DNA of 64,000 bases from an uncultured Spirochaetia bacterium (GTDB lineage: Bacteria > Oederibacteriota > PGYV01 > Palsa-1178), in NCBI GenBank assembly GCA_964565765.1, contig CAZMGF010000001.1, positions 43,283-107,282 of the forward strand. Reading direction: 5' to 3'. The notes below the pieces were generated by a model, which did no database searches, had not been told where the DNA came from, and saw nothing but the letters and a program-made list of their open reading frames with translations. Below are positions 21,117 to 31,131 of this stretch, piece by piece. Made by a program: the position numbers and the translations under genes. Each line of letters begins with the position of its first letter. Positions within the stretch are counted from its first letter, which is position 1.

Positions 21117-21520
21117 TTAAAAAAATTCCGTAGAGCCGCTGCTTTCTGCGGCTAAAACATGGTTTGCGGACATATGAGCCTTTTTTCGGGTAGCTGCGGC
21201 TAAATTTAAAAGATGGCCGCAGGGCCCTCCAAAAGTCTCATATGTCCGCAACCTGAAAATTTCCGTCCTCCAAAAAGTCCCTCTTGCCATATTTTACGCA
21301 TTTTTTTGTAGGGGCGGCCTCATATGGCCGCCCGGCATGGATTTTTGTTTGATATGGCAGGCGGGTATTTTTTTCGCCAATCGAGCAGCTCTTCGGCGGT
21401 GCAGGATGACACAGTAAAAGTTTTATTAAAGCTTCCCGCCCCTTAATTTACACATAAATGTATTATTTAACGATTGGTAAAAAAATCCCCGCCTGCCATA
21501 TTTTAACTAAACCATACATC
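21117..21520. repeat. Composite intergenic repeat cluster: REP-like GTAG-hairpins plus two nested inverted-repeat pairs (copy A of the family also at 42063-42300 and 44840-45105)
   Basis: cGTAGagccgctgctttctgcggct (21130-21155); perfect 13-bp IR gcggacatatgag/ctcatatgtccgc (21166-21178 / 21237-21249); tGTAGgggcggcc-tcatat-ggccgccc hairpin (21307-21333); IR atggcaggcggg/cccgcctgccat (21354-21365 / 21488-21499). Confidence 0.7.
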
Positions 21521-21523
21521 TAT

Positions 21524-21552
21524 TTGCGCCTGCGTCTGTTTTCTGTTATAAT
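21524..21552 (+). promoter_or_regulatory. Sigma70-type promoter TTGCGC-17-TATAAT for the alpha/beta hydrolase gene
   Basis: ttgcgcctgcgtctgttttctgttataat; implies a transcript start beyond the first in-frame ATG (21556), supporting ATG 21592 as the start. Confidence 0.4.
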
Positions 21553-21591
21553 CAAATGACGGTACAAAATAATTTTTTATCGGGGGCAAAG

Positions 21592-22398
21592 ATGCTTATA
21601 TCAAAGGACTCAATCCACTTCAGGAAATGGCCCGTTAAAAATCCAAAAGCTGTCTTGCTTGCCGTTCACGGCATGGGGGCCCATTCACAGCGCTGGGAAG
21701 AGATGGCAAAATTCTTTAAGGCAAAAAAAGTGGCGGTTTACGCCATAGAACTGCGTGGCTACGGGGACCTGAGGCAGGTGCCGGGCCATGTTGAAAGTAT
21801 GGATCTTTATATAAAGGATATCGGCATCCTTAAAAATATCATTAAGAAGGAAAACCCTTCTTCTCCTGTATTTATCATCGGCGAATCAATGGGGGCCGTA
21901 ATTTCACACATGACGGCGCAGGAATTTGACGGGGATTATAAAGGGTTGATAGAGGTCTCGCCTGTTTATCAGGACGTAATGGATATAAGCCTTGCAAAAA
22001 GAGGGGCAATAGCTTTTACTGCGATGTTTAATCCTTCAAAACCAATTGATATGCCCTTTACCGCTGAAATGATTTCCAGGGACCCGGTGGTGGTGAAAAA
22101 ATTAAACAAGGACCCGCGTGAAATCAGGGTGGCCTCTGCAGGGCTGCTGCTTAACATCCTCATGTACCAGATAAAGATAGGCGCCGGGCTTGACAAATTG
22201 AAAACACCATCCCTCTTCCTTCTTGCTGGAAGCGACAAACTCGGGGATGTTAAGTTTACAATGAAAATGTTCGCTAAAATGAAAAACGACAAGGAAATGC
22301 GGGTTTATAAGGATTCTTTCCACGCCCTCACCATAGACAAAAACAGGAAAGAGGTCTTTGGCGACCTTTTTTCATGGCTGATAAAAAAAATAAAATAG
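21592..22398 (+). CDS. Alpha/beta-fold hydrolase (lysophospholipase / monoacylglycerol-lipase-like)
   Basis: HGMGAHSQRW...; nucleophile elbow GESMGAVI (GXSXG); GGGGG RBS-like run 8 nt upstream of ATG 21592. Confidence 0.65.
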   Translation: MLISKDSIHFRKWPVKNPKAVLLAVHGMGAHSQRWEEMAKFFKAKKVAVYAIELRGYGDLRQVPGHVESMDLYIKDIGILKNIIKKENPSSPVFIIGESMGAVISHMTAQEFDGDYKGLIEVSPVYQDVMDISLAKRGAIAFTAMFNPSKPIDMPFTAEMISRDPVVVKKLNKDPREIRVASAGLLLNILMYQIKIGAGLDKLKTPSLFLLAGSDKLGDVKFTMKMFAKMKNDKEMRVYKDSFHALTIDKNRKEVFGDLFSWLIKKIK

Positions 22399-22402
22399 TT
22401 TT

Positions 22403-22810
22403 CTATTTTTTCTTCTGCTGCTGTATTTTTTTTCTTATTTCCATGCGCTCAAAGACATCTTCTACTTTTTTCAGCAGCTTTGTCGGGGAGAAGGGCTTGG
22501 TTATGTAATCAAACCCGCCTATCTTTAACCCCTCTTCCACATCGGCAAGCGCGGTCCTTGCGCTCAAAAAAATGACAGGCGGATGCGACGGCGGCCTTTT
22601 TGCGCGCAGCGCTTTTACCGCCTCAAAGCCGTCCATTTCCGGCATCATTACATCCATTATGACAAGGTCGGGTTCCTGCGCGTCTATTGCTTTTAGCGCC
22701 TCTTTTCCTGTTCTTGCCGTGATTACCAGGTAAGTGTCGTCAAGCGTTTCCTTGACTGCCGCTAAAATGTTCGGTTCGTCATCCACTGCCAGAATCTTTT
22801 TTCTGTCCAT
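22403..22810 (-). CDS. Stand-alone response-regulator receiver (CheY-like REC) protein
   Basis: KILAVDDEPNILAAVKETL...DLVIMDVMMPEMDGFEAVKALR with conserved D-D...D...K positions; no output domain. Confidence 0.75.
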   Translation of the reverse strand: MDRKKILAVDDEPNILAAVKETLDDTYLVITARTGKEALKAIDAQEPDLVIMDVMMPEMDGFEAVKALRAKRPPSHPPVIFLSARTALADVEEGLKIGGFDYITKPFSPTKLLKKVEDVFERMEIRKKIQQQKKK

Positions 22811-22812
22811 CT

Positions 22813-23181
22813 TTAATTTCCTCCTTTGATTGACCTGCTTGCCAGAATGTTTATTCCGCTTCCAAGTATGTTTTCTGATATGACCTGATTTATGGCCACG
22901 GGAGCCTTTATCCTTACCGCGCGCAGCAGCCCTGCTATTTCCATTACCTTATCTTTCGGGACGGGCTTCTCGCTCCAGACCGGGCAGAGCGGAAGAGATC
23001 CTCCATCGACCGTTATTGTGGTGGTGATTGTGCGCCTTGGATCGGTAATCTCGTCTTTCGCGTAATCAAGCCCCAGCTTGCAGGAATTGCCTGTAATGCT
23101 TGTGATGGCGCCGTGGCCGTCAAGTGTGGTGGTCAGCTCACACCCCTGGGGGCAGCGGATGCATATAAATTTACGCTCCAT
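22813..23181 (-). CDS. DUF1667 domain protein (Cys-rich; accessory subunit of the anaerobic-type glycerol-3-phosphate dehydrogenase cluster)
   Basis: MERKFICIRCPQGCELTTTLDGHGAITSITGNSCKLGLDYAKDEI; AGGAGG-like RBS; immediately follows the two flavoprotein genes, as in Thermotoga-type glycerol operons. Confidence 0.6.
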   Translation of the reverse strand: MERKFICIRCPQGCELTTTLDGHGAITSITGNSCKLGLDYAKDEITDPRRTITTTITVDGGSLPLCPVWSEKPVPKDKVMEIAGLLRAVRIKAPVAINQVISENILGSGINILASRSIKGGN

Positions 23182-23183
23182 TT

Positions 23184-24476
23184 TCAGACTTCCGCCTTTA
23201 CATTGTTTTTTACCACGCTCACTGTCAAATCTTTGCACTCTTTTGACAATTTTTTGGACAATTCGTTCCAGTTTATTTTCAGGGTTATCATCTCCGCGGG
23301 CCTGGCATATTTTTCCATGTGTGAGTAAACAGCGTTACCGTTATCCGTGATATTTATTGAAATTTTTTCTGAAAATTCCCTTGAAACACGCAGCTCCACA
23401 AAAACAGGGTTGGCTGAGCCGTACACACTTGATATTTTCTGCGGAATTACGGAACGCACGCCATCTCCGGGAATAATGTTTACGGTATCCGGCGCTTCAG
23501 GCGCTCCGGCAGCGAAATGGGCCGCGCTTATTCCGGCAGCTGAACCGGCCGCCGAGACATAATCCACCAGGTCGTAAATGGTGACCACATTTCCGGCAGC
23601 GAATATGCCGGCCACGTTTGTGGACATCTTTTCGTCAACGACCGGCCCGAGTGTAAGCGGGTCAAGGGCGACGCCTGCTTTTCTGGAAAGTTCATTCTCC
23701 GGAATCAGGCCGACTGAAAGCAGCAGTGTATCACAGGTGATTATTTTTTCAGTGCCCGCCACAGGAACAAGGGATTCATCCACTTTTACTGTCTCCACAG
23801 CCTCTACCCTTTTTTTGCCTATAATGCGTTTTATCGTGGTGGAAAGCTCAAGTGGAATATTAAAATCATTGAGGCACTGCACGTAATTGCGCCTTAAGCC
23901 GGTAAGGTAGGGGAGGAGTTCAACCACCTTTATTACATTTGCCCCCTCGATTGTGAGCCTCCTGGCCATTATCATGCCGATATCACCGGAGCCAAGTATT
24001 ACAAAATTTTTGCCCGGCATATAACCCTCTATATTTACGAGCCGCTGAACCATGCCCGCTGTATAAACACCGGCGGGCCTTTCTCCGGGAATCCTTATCT
24101 GCGCGCGTGTGCGCTCCCTGCAGCCCATGGCGAGCACCACAGCCCGCGCGTAAAGCTCTATAAATCCGTCGGAGCTGTTTGCGGCGTATATTTTTCTCTC
24201 CGGCGTGAGGTCCAGTACCATTGTGTCAAAAAGCATTTCTATTTCTAGCCCCTTCGCCTCATCTATGAAATTCGAGGCGTATGCCGGGCCCGGCAGATCC
24301 TTTTTAAATATGACCGAGCCGAAGCCGTTGTGTATACACTGGAGCAGTATTCCCCCCGGTTCGTTGTTGCGCTCTATTATAAGGACATCCTTTGCCCCTG
24401 TTTTTTTTGCTTCTATGGCGGCTGCCAGGCCCGCGGGCCCCGCGCCTATTACTATGACGTCATAATTATTTTTCAT
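23184..24476 (-). CDS. FAD/NAD(P)-binding pyridine nucleotide-disulfide-family oxidoreductase
   Basis: YDVIVIGAGPAGLAAAIEAKKTG dinucleotide-binding fold at the N-terminus; second Rossmann motif VILGSGDIGMIMA. Confidence 0.7.
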   Translation of the reverse strand: MKNNYDVIVIGAGPAGLAAAIEAKKTGAKDVLIIERNNEPGGILLQCIHNGFGSVIFKKDLPGPAYASNFIDEAKGLEIEMLFDTMVLDLTPERKIYAANSSDGFIELYARAVVLAMGCRERTRAQIRIPGERPAGVYTAGMVQRLVNIEGYMPGKNFVILGSGDIGMIMARRLTIEGANVIKVVELLPYLTGLRRNYVQCLNDFNIPLELSTTIKRIIGKKRVEAVETVKVDESLVPVAGTEKIITCDTLLLSVGLIPENELSRKAGVALDPLTLGPVVDEKMSTNVAGIFAAGNVVTIYDLVDYVSAAGSAAGISAAHFAAGAPEAPDTVNIIPGDGVRSVIPQKISSVYGSANPVFVELRVSREFSEKISINITDNGNAVYSHMEKYARPAEMITLKINWNELSKKLSKECKDLTVSVVKNNVKAEV

Positions 24477-25933
24477 GACAGGGGAACTTCCTTTGTCTTC
24501 CTGAAAACAAGTTCGCTGCCTTTGCCTTTTTTTGTAACGGCTGTTTCGGGGATGTTAAGCTCCCTGGCCATTATCTGCATTACGCGCGGGTAATCAAATG
24601 CCCCCTGGCAGCGGCCGGTGCCAAGCCAGGTCCTGCGTTTTATCCCGTCATATGTGCGCGCGGGAACGGGAGAGCGCATTGCGTCTATTATTTCACCTTC
24701 TGTTATTTCCTCACAGCGGCACACAATCCTGCCGTAAGACGGATTTTTACTTACAAGTTCAGCTTTATCTTTTAATGAAAGGGTGTGGAAATGGGGAGTA
24801 TGCCTGCGCACGGGGTTCCACTCGTTTTTTTCCTTTAAATTTGCCCCTGCTTCATCAAGCAGGCTTATGGCTTTAAGGGCAATTGCCGGGGCAGAGGCAA
24901 AACCCGGGGATTCTATGCCGCATATATTCAGGAGCCCTTTTATCTCTTTTGGAGCCTCTATAATAAAATCACGCGCGCCGTTTCCTGAGGCCCTTATGCC
25001 GGCATAAACCGCTATTACGTTCTTCGGGTCAATAGAAGGGACAAGTTTTTTCGCACCGTTTATGACTTCGTCGAGCCCCGCTGAAGTTGTGGCGGAGTCC
25101 TCCTTATTTTCACATGACTCATTATTGGGGCCGATCATTACATTGCCGTGGGTTGTGGTGGAGACAAGTATGCCCTTGCCTTTTTCCGTGGGAACGGGGA
25201 AGAGGACGTTATTTATTGAAAGTTTCATCGGGTCAAAAATAAGATAGGAACCCTTGCGCGGGGTTATCGCGAAATTTTCCATTGTGGAGGCCTTATGCGC
25301 CACAGAGTCGCTGTATATGCCTGCTGAATTTATTGCCCATTTGCAGAAAAAATCACCGCGGTTTGTTTTAACCCCCGTTATCCGGCCGTTATTGGTTATA
25401 AAATCCGTGAACTCCGTTTCAAAAAGGTAATCCACACCGTTTGCCACGGCGTTTTCCGCCGCCGCAAGCACTGCGCCGAAAGGGTCAATCACCGCCGCGG
25501 AAGGGGCCCAGAGCGCCCCTGATGCCGCCGGATTTATAAGGGGCTCGCGTGTCATAAACTCATCACGGGAAAGTATCTTCAATCCGGGAATGGAATTGGC
25601 TATGCCCTGTTCATATAATACACGAAGCCTGGGAAGCTCTTCACTGCCGATTGCCACCACATAGCTGCCGCTGCTTTTAAATGAAATGCCGAGTTCCGGA
25701 GCAAGGGTGTGCCAGATTTTATTGCCTGCGGAATTCATTGCGGCCTTTGTGGTCCCGGGAGCGGGGTCATATCCGGCGTGTATGATGGCGGAATTGGCTG
25801 AGCTCGGGTTCATGCCTACATCAGCCTCTTTCTCAATGACGAGCATGCTGATATCATATTTTGAGAGATACCTGGCAGTAAGGGAACCCACTATACCGGA
25901 GCCGATAATTATTATGTCGTATCTATTTTTCAT
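24473..25933 (-). CDS. FAD-dependent glycerol-3-phosphate dehydrogenase-like oxidoreductase (DAO family) with C-terminal BFD-like [2Fe-2S]-binding domain
   Basis: YDIIIIGSGIVGSLTARYLS FAD-binding motif; C-terminal CRCEEITEGEIIDAMR...GTGRCQG BFD-like cysteine pattern. Confidence 0.7.
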   Translation of the reverse strand: MKNRYDIIIIGSGIVGSLTARYLSKYDISMLVIEKEADVGMNPSSANSAIIHAGYDPAPGTTKAAMNSAGNKIWHTLAPELGISFKSSGSYVVAIGSEELPRLRVLYEQGIANSIPGLKILSRDEFMTREPLINPAASGALWAPSAAVIDPFGAVLAAAENAVANGVDYLFETEFTDFITNNGRITGVKTNRGDFFCKWAINSAGIYSDSVAHKASTMENFAITPRKGSYLIFDPMKLSINNVLFPVPTEKGKGILVSTTTHGNVMIGPNNESCENKEDSATTSAGLDEVINGAKKLVPSIDPKNVIAVYAGIRASGNGARDFIIEAPKEIKGLLNICGIESPGFASAPAIALKAISLLDEAGANLKEKNEWNPVRRHTPHFHTLSLKDKAELVSKNPSYGRIVCRCEEITEGEIIDAMRSPVPARTYDGIKRRTWLGTGRCQGAFDYPRVMQIMARELNIPETAVTKKGKGSELVFRKTKEVPLS

Positions 25934-25948
25934 ATTGCTCCCGTGATT

Positions 25949-27454
25949 TTATTCTTCCCATCCGATTGAACGTGTTACTGCCTTTTTCCATCCTGAAAAA
26001 TACTTTGCCCGCTTTTCAGCGGCCATTGACGGCTTCCATTCATTTGACAGGGTCCAGTTTTGTTTAAGCTCATCCGTCGATTTCCAGAAACCTGCCGCAA
26101 GCCCCGCGGCATACGCCGCGCCCAGCGCGGTTGTCTCAGCAACTTTTGGATTTATGACATTTACACCAAGCATATCCGCCTGGAACTGCATTAAAAGAGC
26201 GCTTGCGGTCATACCGCCGTCAACTTTTAATCCGGAAAGTTTTATTCCTGAATCTTTTGACATTGCCTCAAATAGGTCGCGCGCCTGGTAAGCCGTTGCT
26301 TCCAGCGCGGCACGTGCTATTTGCGGGGCGCCTGTAAAGTGGGTCATTCCTATTATAAGGCCGCGCGCATCGGAGCGCCAGTATGGGGCAAAGAGGCCGG
26401 AAAACGCGGGCACGAAATAGACTCCGCCGTTATCCTCGGATTGCGCGGCAAGCTCGTTTATTTCAGGGGCCGTTTTTATCAGCCTTAATTTATCACGCAC
26501 CCACTGGACAAGCGAACCGGCAATGGCGACAGAGCCTTCCAGCGCATAAACCGCCGGAGCCGCGCCTATTTTATAAGCTACGGTTGTTAAAAGTCCGTTC
26601 CTTGATATCACGGGCTTTGTACCGGTGTTCATGAGCAGGAAACATCCTGTTCCATAGGTGTTTTTTGCCTCACCCGGGGAAAAACACGCCTGTCCGAAGA
26701 GCGCGGCCTGCTGGTCGCCAAGGTCCGCCATAACAGGTATTTCACCTTCGAAAGGCCCATCTTTTTTTGTCATACCGTATGACGCGGGGTCGCTTGACGG
26801 CCTGATTTCGGGGAGCATTGAACCCGGCACGCCGAATATCTTCATCATTTTTTTATCCCACTGAAGGGTTTTCAGGTCCATAAGCATTGTGCGCGATGCG
26901 TTCGTCGGATCCGTAATGTGGCGGCCGCCGGTTAAGTTCCATATTATCCATGAATCCATATTGCCGAATATGGCGCTGCCGTCCAGGGCGGATTTTTTTA
27001 CGGCAGGAACATTATCAAGGAGCCATTTTAATTTCGGCCCGGAAAAATATGTGGCCAGAGGAAGCCCTGTGGATTTCTGAAAACGGCGCATGCCGCCGCT
27101 TTTTGTGAGCTTGTTACATATTGATGCCGTGCGCAAATCCTGCCACACAATGGCGTTGTAAAGCGGTTTTCCGGTGTTTTTATCCCAGACAACCGTTGTT
27201 TCACGCTGGTTTGTGACGCCGATGGAGCATATTTCCTCCGGCTTAATTGAGGATTTTGAAAGGGTTTGTTTTATGCATTCAATTACATTTTCCCATATTT
27301 CAACCGCGTCGTGTTCCACATATCCGGCCTGCGGGTAGATTTGCTTGTGCTCCAACTGGTGCGAGGCGATGGGTTCCCCGGAATGGTTGAAAATTATAAA
27401 ACGCGAGCTTGTGGTGCCCTGGTCTATTGCGCCTGCGTATTTTTTCTCGGCCAT
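25949..27454 (-). CDS. glpK: Glycerol kinase
   Basis: [27 protein letters not shown]... canonical GlpK N-terminus, about 500 aa; GGAGGT RBS 4 nt upstream; longer ORF start 27511 rejected. Confidence 0.9.
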   Translation of the reverse strand: MAEKKYAGAIDQGTTSSRFIIFNHSGEPIASHQLEHKQIYPQAGYVEHDAVEIWENVIECIKQTLSKSSIKPEEICSIGVTNQRETTVVWDKNTGKPLYNAIVWQDLRTASICNKLTKSGGMRRFQKSTGLPLATYFSGPKLKWLLDNVPAVKKSALDGSAIFGNMDSWIIWNLTGGRHITDPTNASRTMLMDLKTLQWDKKMMKIFGVPGSMLPEIRPSSDPASYGMTKKDGPFEGEIPVMADLGDQQAALFGQACFSPGEAKNTYGTGCFLLMNTGTKPVISRNGLLTTVAYKIGAAPAVYALEGSVAIAGSLVQWVRDKLRLIKTAPEINELAAQSEDNGGVYFVPAFSGLFAPYWRSDARGLIIGMTHFTGAPQIARAALEATAYQARDLFEAMSKDSGIKLSGLKVDGGMTASALLMQFQADMLGVNVINPKVAETTALGAAYAAGLAAGFWKSTDELKQNWTLSNEWKPSMAAEKRAKYFSGWKKAVTRSIGWEE

Positions 27455-27482
27455 GATTACCTCCGGATATCGTCGTGATATT

Positions 27483-27511
27483 ATTAAACAGTATTTTATA
27501 TTGATTGTCAA
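27483..27511 (-). promoter_or_regulatory. Sigma70-type promoter (rc: TTGACA-17-TTTAAT) for the glpK operon
   Basis: rc of 27483-27511 = TTGACAatcaatataaaatactgTTTAAT. Confidence 0.35.
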
Positions 27512-27540
27512 TTGGGAAGAAATCCGCCGCCCTTATGGGG

Positions 27541-28530
27541 CTACTGGATTTTTATTGTTACATTAAGGTTATTGCCGGACGCGGATATTGCGGAGGAGTT
27601 TTCTGAAAGAAGGCCGCCGAAGACGCTTACCCTGTTCTTGCCGTTTCTTTTGGCATAATACAGGCAGTTGTCCGCGTTTTTGATTATTTCCTGGCAGCTT
27701 TTTATCCCTTTGCTCCATGCAACCAGGCCGAAGCTGGCGGTCACCCGTATATTTATTCCGTTATAATTAAAGTCAGTCTCTTCAAGGGACATCCTCAGGC
27801 GCTCGGCCATATAAAGAGAGGAATTAGTGTCGGAGTAAGGGACTATTATTATGAATTCGTCACCGCCAAAGCGCCCGACAATGGAAATGTTCCTTGATTT
27901 TTCAATGAATAGCCTGGCCGCACTTTTAAGAATCATGTCGCCGCATATATGGCCATAGGTGTCGTTTATGCCCTTAAAGTTGTCAATATCAACAAGAATA
28001 AGAGTGAACGGGGCGTTCGTCCTGTCGGCAATGTCAATATACTGGATAAGTTTTTTATCCACGTAGGCCCTGTTATAAACTCCGGTCAAAAAATCTATTT
28101 TCATTTTTTCTTCCAGGTCCCTGTGGCTTATTTCCAGAATTTCAAACTGTTCACGGAGTATATTGTTTATTTCCCTGTGGGTTATCATGCCGACAAGCCT
28201 GTTGTTGCTGACAACAGGAAGCCTGTTTATAAGGTTTATCTGCATGATGTCGTTGGCTGAAACAACATCAAGCCCGGGGTCCACTGAAATAAAATCTCTT
28301 TTCATGATATTATCCGCTATCATTTCAAGGTATTTTACGGGCTCTTTTATTATGCATTCAAAAATGTCGCTGCGCGCGGCTATGCCAAGGGGCTTCATTT
28401 CGTCATTAACTATAACCACCGCGCCAACGTCAAACTTTAAAAGTTTTTTGATCAGCTCTGTGATACTTTCGGACGGGCCGGCTGTGACTGTATCTTTTGA
28501 CATAATGTCCATTACTTTAAGGCCGTTCAT
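27541..28530 (-). CDS. Diguanylate cyclase: tandem CBS domains plus GGDEF domain
   Basis: N-terminal CBS pair (MDIMSKDTVTAGPSESI..., DIMQINLINRLPVV); active-site RFGGDEFIII; start at MNGLKV (rc ATG 28528-28530). Confidence 0.85.
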   Translation of the reverse strand: MNGLKVMDIMSKDTVTAGPSESITELIKKLLKFDVGAVVIVNDEMKPLGIAARSDIFECIIKEPVKYLEMIADNIMKRDFISVDPGLDVVSANDIMQINLINRLPVVSNNRLVGMITHREINNILREQFEILEISHRDLEEKMKIDFLTGVYNRAYVDKKLIQYIDIADRTNAPFTLILVDIDNFKGINDTYGHICGDMILKSAARLFIEKSRNISIVGRFGGDEFIIIVPYSDTNSSLYMAERLRMSLEETDFNYNGINIRVTASFGLVAWSKGIKSCQEIIKNADNCLYYAKRNGKNRVSVFGGLLSENSSAISASGNNLNVTIKIQ

Positions 28531-28723
28531 GTTGCATCTCCACATATCACAGAATTATGCGTAATAATTATTGCAATGAAAATTTAATTTTTCATTAATT
28601 GGGTGTTAATTTTAAGGTAATATGATTTTGACGGCGGTTGAGGCAAGAATCCGTATTAACTTGACAAAAACGCGGTGCGGGAATAATATTTTTAAAATAA
28701 CGGAAAAAGGAGCGGCTGCTGAT

Positions 28724-29584
28724 ATGATAAAAATTCATTCTGATTTATGCAGAGGCTGCGGTGAATGCATTTCGGTCTGTCACGAAAGGTGCATGCGCCT
28801 TGTTGATAAAAAAATAGATATTAATTATGAACGTTGCAGTACATGCGGGCAATGCGCCGCAATTTGCCCGGAGAGGGCGCTCTGGTGGAATGACAGCAGG
28901 CCGGAAATTTTTGATACGTCGTTGCGGCCCGGCAGGGAACAGGTTGAGGAACTTTTAATGGAACGCAGGACAAACAGGCATTTTACCCCTGAAAAACCGC
29001 CGAAGGATTTAATAGAAGAAATCATTAATATGGGAGCTTATGCCCCGACGCATAATTTTCGCATGCGCAGTATAGCGGTAGATGATGAGGCCCTGATAGA
29101 TATTATAGACGCCGAGCTGTTTAAAAAGACTAAAACCGTTTATGAAACATTTTTTAGGCCGCCTATAATAAAATGGCTCATACAATTTATGCCTGAACCG
29201 GTAAAAAAAGAGTTTTTTAAGGCGGAGCCAAAGCTTGAGGCTTCCATTAAAGCCGGAAAGGGATATATATTAAGGCCGCCGGTTATTATCTACATTATAG
29301 GGGATAAACGGACGCCCTTAAGCCTGGAAAGTGCGCAGTATTCTATTTATAACATTGACCTTTACGCCAGGGCGAACGGCCTGGGGTTCAGAAACCTCAC
29401 CGGAAATAATATGTTTTTGAACGGCGGCGGGAGAATCAGAAAAATTCTGGGAATAAAAAAGAGCGAATCAATATTCGCGGCCGGAGCGCTGGGGTTTGTG
29501 TCAAGAAATTTCAGGAATAAAGTAACCGGAAAAAAACTTCCCGTCAGCTGGTCCGCCGCGGATCCGCACTTTAACGGCAAATAA
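28724..29584 (+). CDS. Ferredoxin-nitroreductase fusion: two 4Fe-4S cluster motifs followed by a nitroreductase-family (NADH/flavin oxidoreductase-like) domain
   Basis: CRGCGECISVCHERC and CSTCGQCAAICPERA CxxCxxCxxxCP motifs; downstream nitroreductase-like fold (RRTNRHFTPEKP...); RBS AAGGAG 8 nt upstream of ATG 28724. Confidence 0.6.
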   Translation: MIKIHSDLCRGCGECISVCHERCMRLVDKKIDINYERCSTCGQCAAICPERALWWNDSRPEIFDTSLRPGREQVEELLMERRTNRHFTPEKPPKDLIEEIINMGAYAPTHNFRMRSIAVDDEALIDIIDAELFKKTKTVYETFFRPPIIKWLIQFMPEPVKKEFFKAEPKLEASIKAGKGYILRPPVIIYIIGDKRTPLSLESAQYSIYNIDLYARANGLGFRNLTGNNMFLNGGGRIRKILGIKKSESIFAAGALGFVSRNFRNKVTGKKLPVSWSAADPHFNGK

Positions 29585-29636
29585 CGTACTGCTGTAAAGC
29601 AGGAGCCCTGCCCTTATACATGGCTGAAAATACCAC

Positions 29637-29673
29637 TTGACAAACTTAAACTATATTTGTATATTTGAATATA
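29637..29673 (+). promoter_or_regulatory. Sigma70 promoter TTGACA-17-TATATT for the ars operon, with a perfect inverted repeat TATATT-tg-AATATA overlapping the -10 (candidate ArsR operator)
   Basis: ttgacaaacttaaactatatttgTATATTtgAATATA; about 25 nt upstream of the arsR GTG. Confidence 0.5.
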
Positions 29674-29696
29674 TAAATATACTTAGGAGGTGCGCC

Positions 29697-30095
29697 GTGA
29701 AAGAAACAGTTAATATGCTTAAGGCGCTCGGGGATGAAACCAGGCTGAGAATTTACATGCTTCTGTCTGAAAAAGGGGAGCTTTGTGTCTGCGATATAAC
29801 CAGCATTATTGAAATAACACAGACGCATGCTTCCAGAAGCCTTGGAGTATTGAAAAACGCAGGGCTTGTGAAGGACAGAAGAGACGGCCTCTGGATGCAT
29901 TATTCCATAATTAAAGAAGGCATCAGTGAGGCTGTAATGTCATTTGTCGGGGAAATATCCAGGGGAAATGAAACATTGAAAAACGATATAAAAAAATCAA
30001 AAATTGTACTTAAGAAAAACGCCGGGTGCTGTAAAAAATATTGCAAACAGGAAAAGCTGGCTTTAAAGGAGAATTTAATTGGAAACACAAATTAA
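29697..30095 (+). CDS. arsR: ArsR/SmtB-family metalloregulator
   Basis: [30 protein letters not shown] with the metal-binding ELCVCD motif in the HTH region; AGGAGG 6 nt upstream of GTG 29697. Confidence 0.8.
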   Translation: MKETVNMLKALGDETRLRIYMLLSEKGELCVCDITSIIEITQTHASRSLGVLKNAGLVKDRRDGLWMHYSIIKEGISEAVMSFVGEISRGNETLKNDIKKSKIVLKKNAGCCKKYCKQEKLALKENLIGNTN

Positions 30096-31131
30096 AAAAC
30101 TGTCATTTATCGACAGGTTCCTGACACTGTGGATATTCCTGGCAATCGGGGCCGGAATTGCGATTGGTTATTTTTGGCCGCAAGCCACAGGATTTATCAG
30201 CGGCTTTAACATAGGAACGACTTCCATACCAATAGCCATAGGCCTGATAATAATGATGTATCCACCACTTGCAAAGGTAAAATATGAAAAAATGAGCGAA
30301 GTATTTCACAATAAAAAACTGCTCACCCTTGCCCTGGTACAGAACTGGCTGACCGGACCGGTTTTGATGTTCGGCCTCGCTGTTTTATTTCTGCGGAACT
30401 ATCCGGAATATATGATAGGGGTAATACTTGTAGGGCTGGCAAGGTGCATTGCAATGGTTATCATCTGGAACGATCTTGCCGGCGGCGACAGGGAACTCGG
30501 CGTCGGGCTTGTGGCATTTAACGCCGTCGCCCAGATGCTTTTCTATGCCGTATACATATGGTTTTTCATCACATTTTTATTGAATGTTCTGGGGCTTACA
30601 AAAGGGATTCACATATCAATTTCCATATGGGAATCCGCCAAAACCGTTCTTATTTACCTGGGCATTCCATTTTTTGCCGGGATGGCTACAAGATATATAC
30701 TGCAAAAGGCAAAGGGAAACGAATGGTATGAAAAACGTTTTATACCAAAAATCAGCCCGCTGACACTTGTGGCGCTGCTTTTTACCATAGTGGTAATGTT
30801 TTCATTAAAAGGGGGATATATAATTAAAAAACCCCTCGATGTCGTGATAGTGGCGGTTCCGATGATTTTGTATTTTGTATTAATGTGGTTTGTTACATTT
30901 TTTATTGCCGGGGCGCTGGGAGCGGATTATAAACAGAGAGTGGCGGTTTCTTTTACCGCGGCAAGCAATGATTTTGAACTCGCCATTGCTGTTGCAATAG
31001 GGATATTCGGTATAAGTTCGGGGCAGGCTTTCGCCGCTGTAATTGGGCCGCTTGTCGAAGTGCCCGTGATGATACTGCTTGTTAACGCGGCAGCGGGATT
31101 AAAAGCTGTTTTTAAGGAGGCGGAAAAATGA
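30079..31131 (+). CDS. acr3: Arsenite efflux transporter, ACR3 family
   Basis: [28 protein letters not shown]... typical ACR3 N-terminus; 10 TM; overlaps arsR and arsC. Confidence 0.85.
   Translation: METQIKKLSFIDRFLTLWIFLAIGAGIAIGYFWPQATGFISGFNIGTTSIPIAIGLIIMMYPPLAKVKYEKMSEVFHNKKLLTLALVQNWLTGPVLMFGLAVLFLRNYPEYMIGVILVGLARCIAMVIIWNDLAGGDRELGVGLVAFNAVAQMLFYAVYIWFFITFLLNVLGLTKGIHISISIWESAKTVLIYLGIPFFAGMATRYILQKAKGNEWYEKRFIPKISPLTLVALLFTIVVMFSLKGGYIIKKPLDVVIVAVPMILYFVLMWFVTFFIAGALGADYKQRVAVSFTAASNDFELAIAVAIGIFGISSGQAFAAVIGPLVEVPVMILLVNAAAGLKAVFKEAEK

Noticed and set aside
27454-27511. Upstream extension of glpK ([20 protein letters not shown]...) given by the ORF track
   Set aside because: The conserved GlpK N-terminus begins at [16 protein letters not shown], with a GGAGGT RBS 4 nt upstream of that ATG. 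The extension has no RBS and a non-GlpK sequence.
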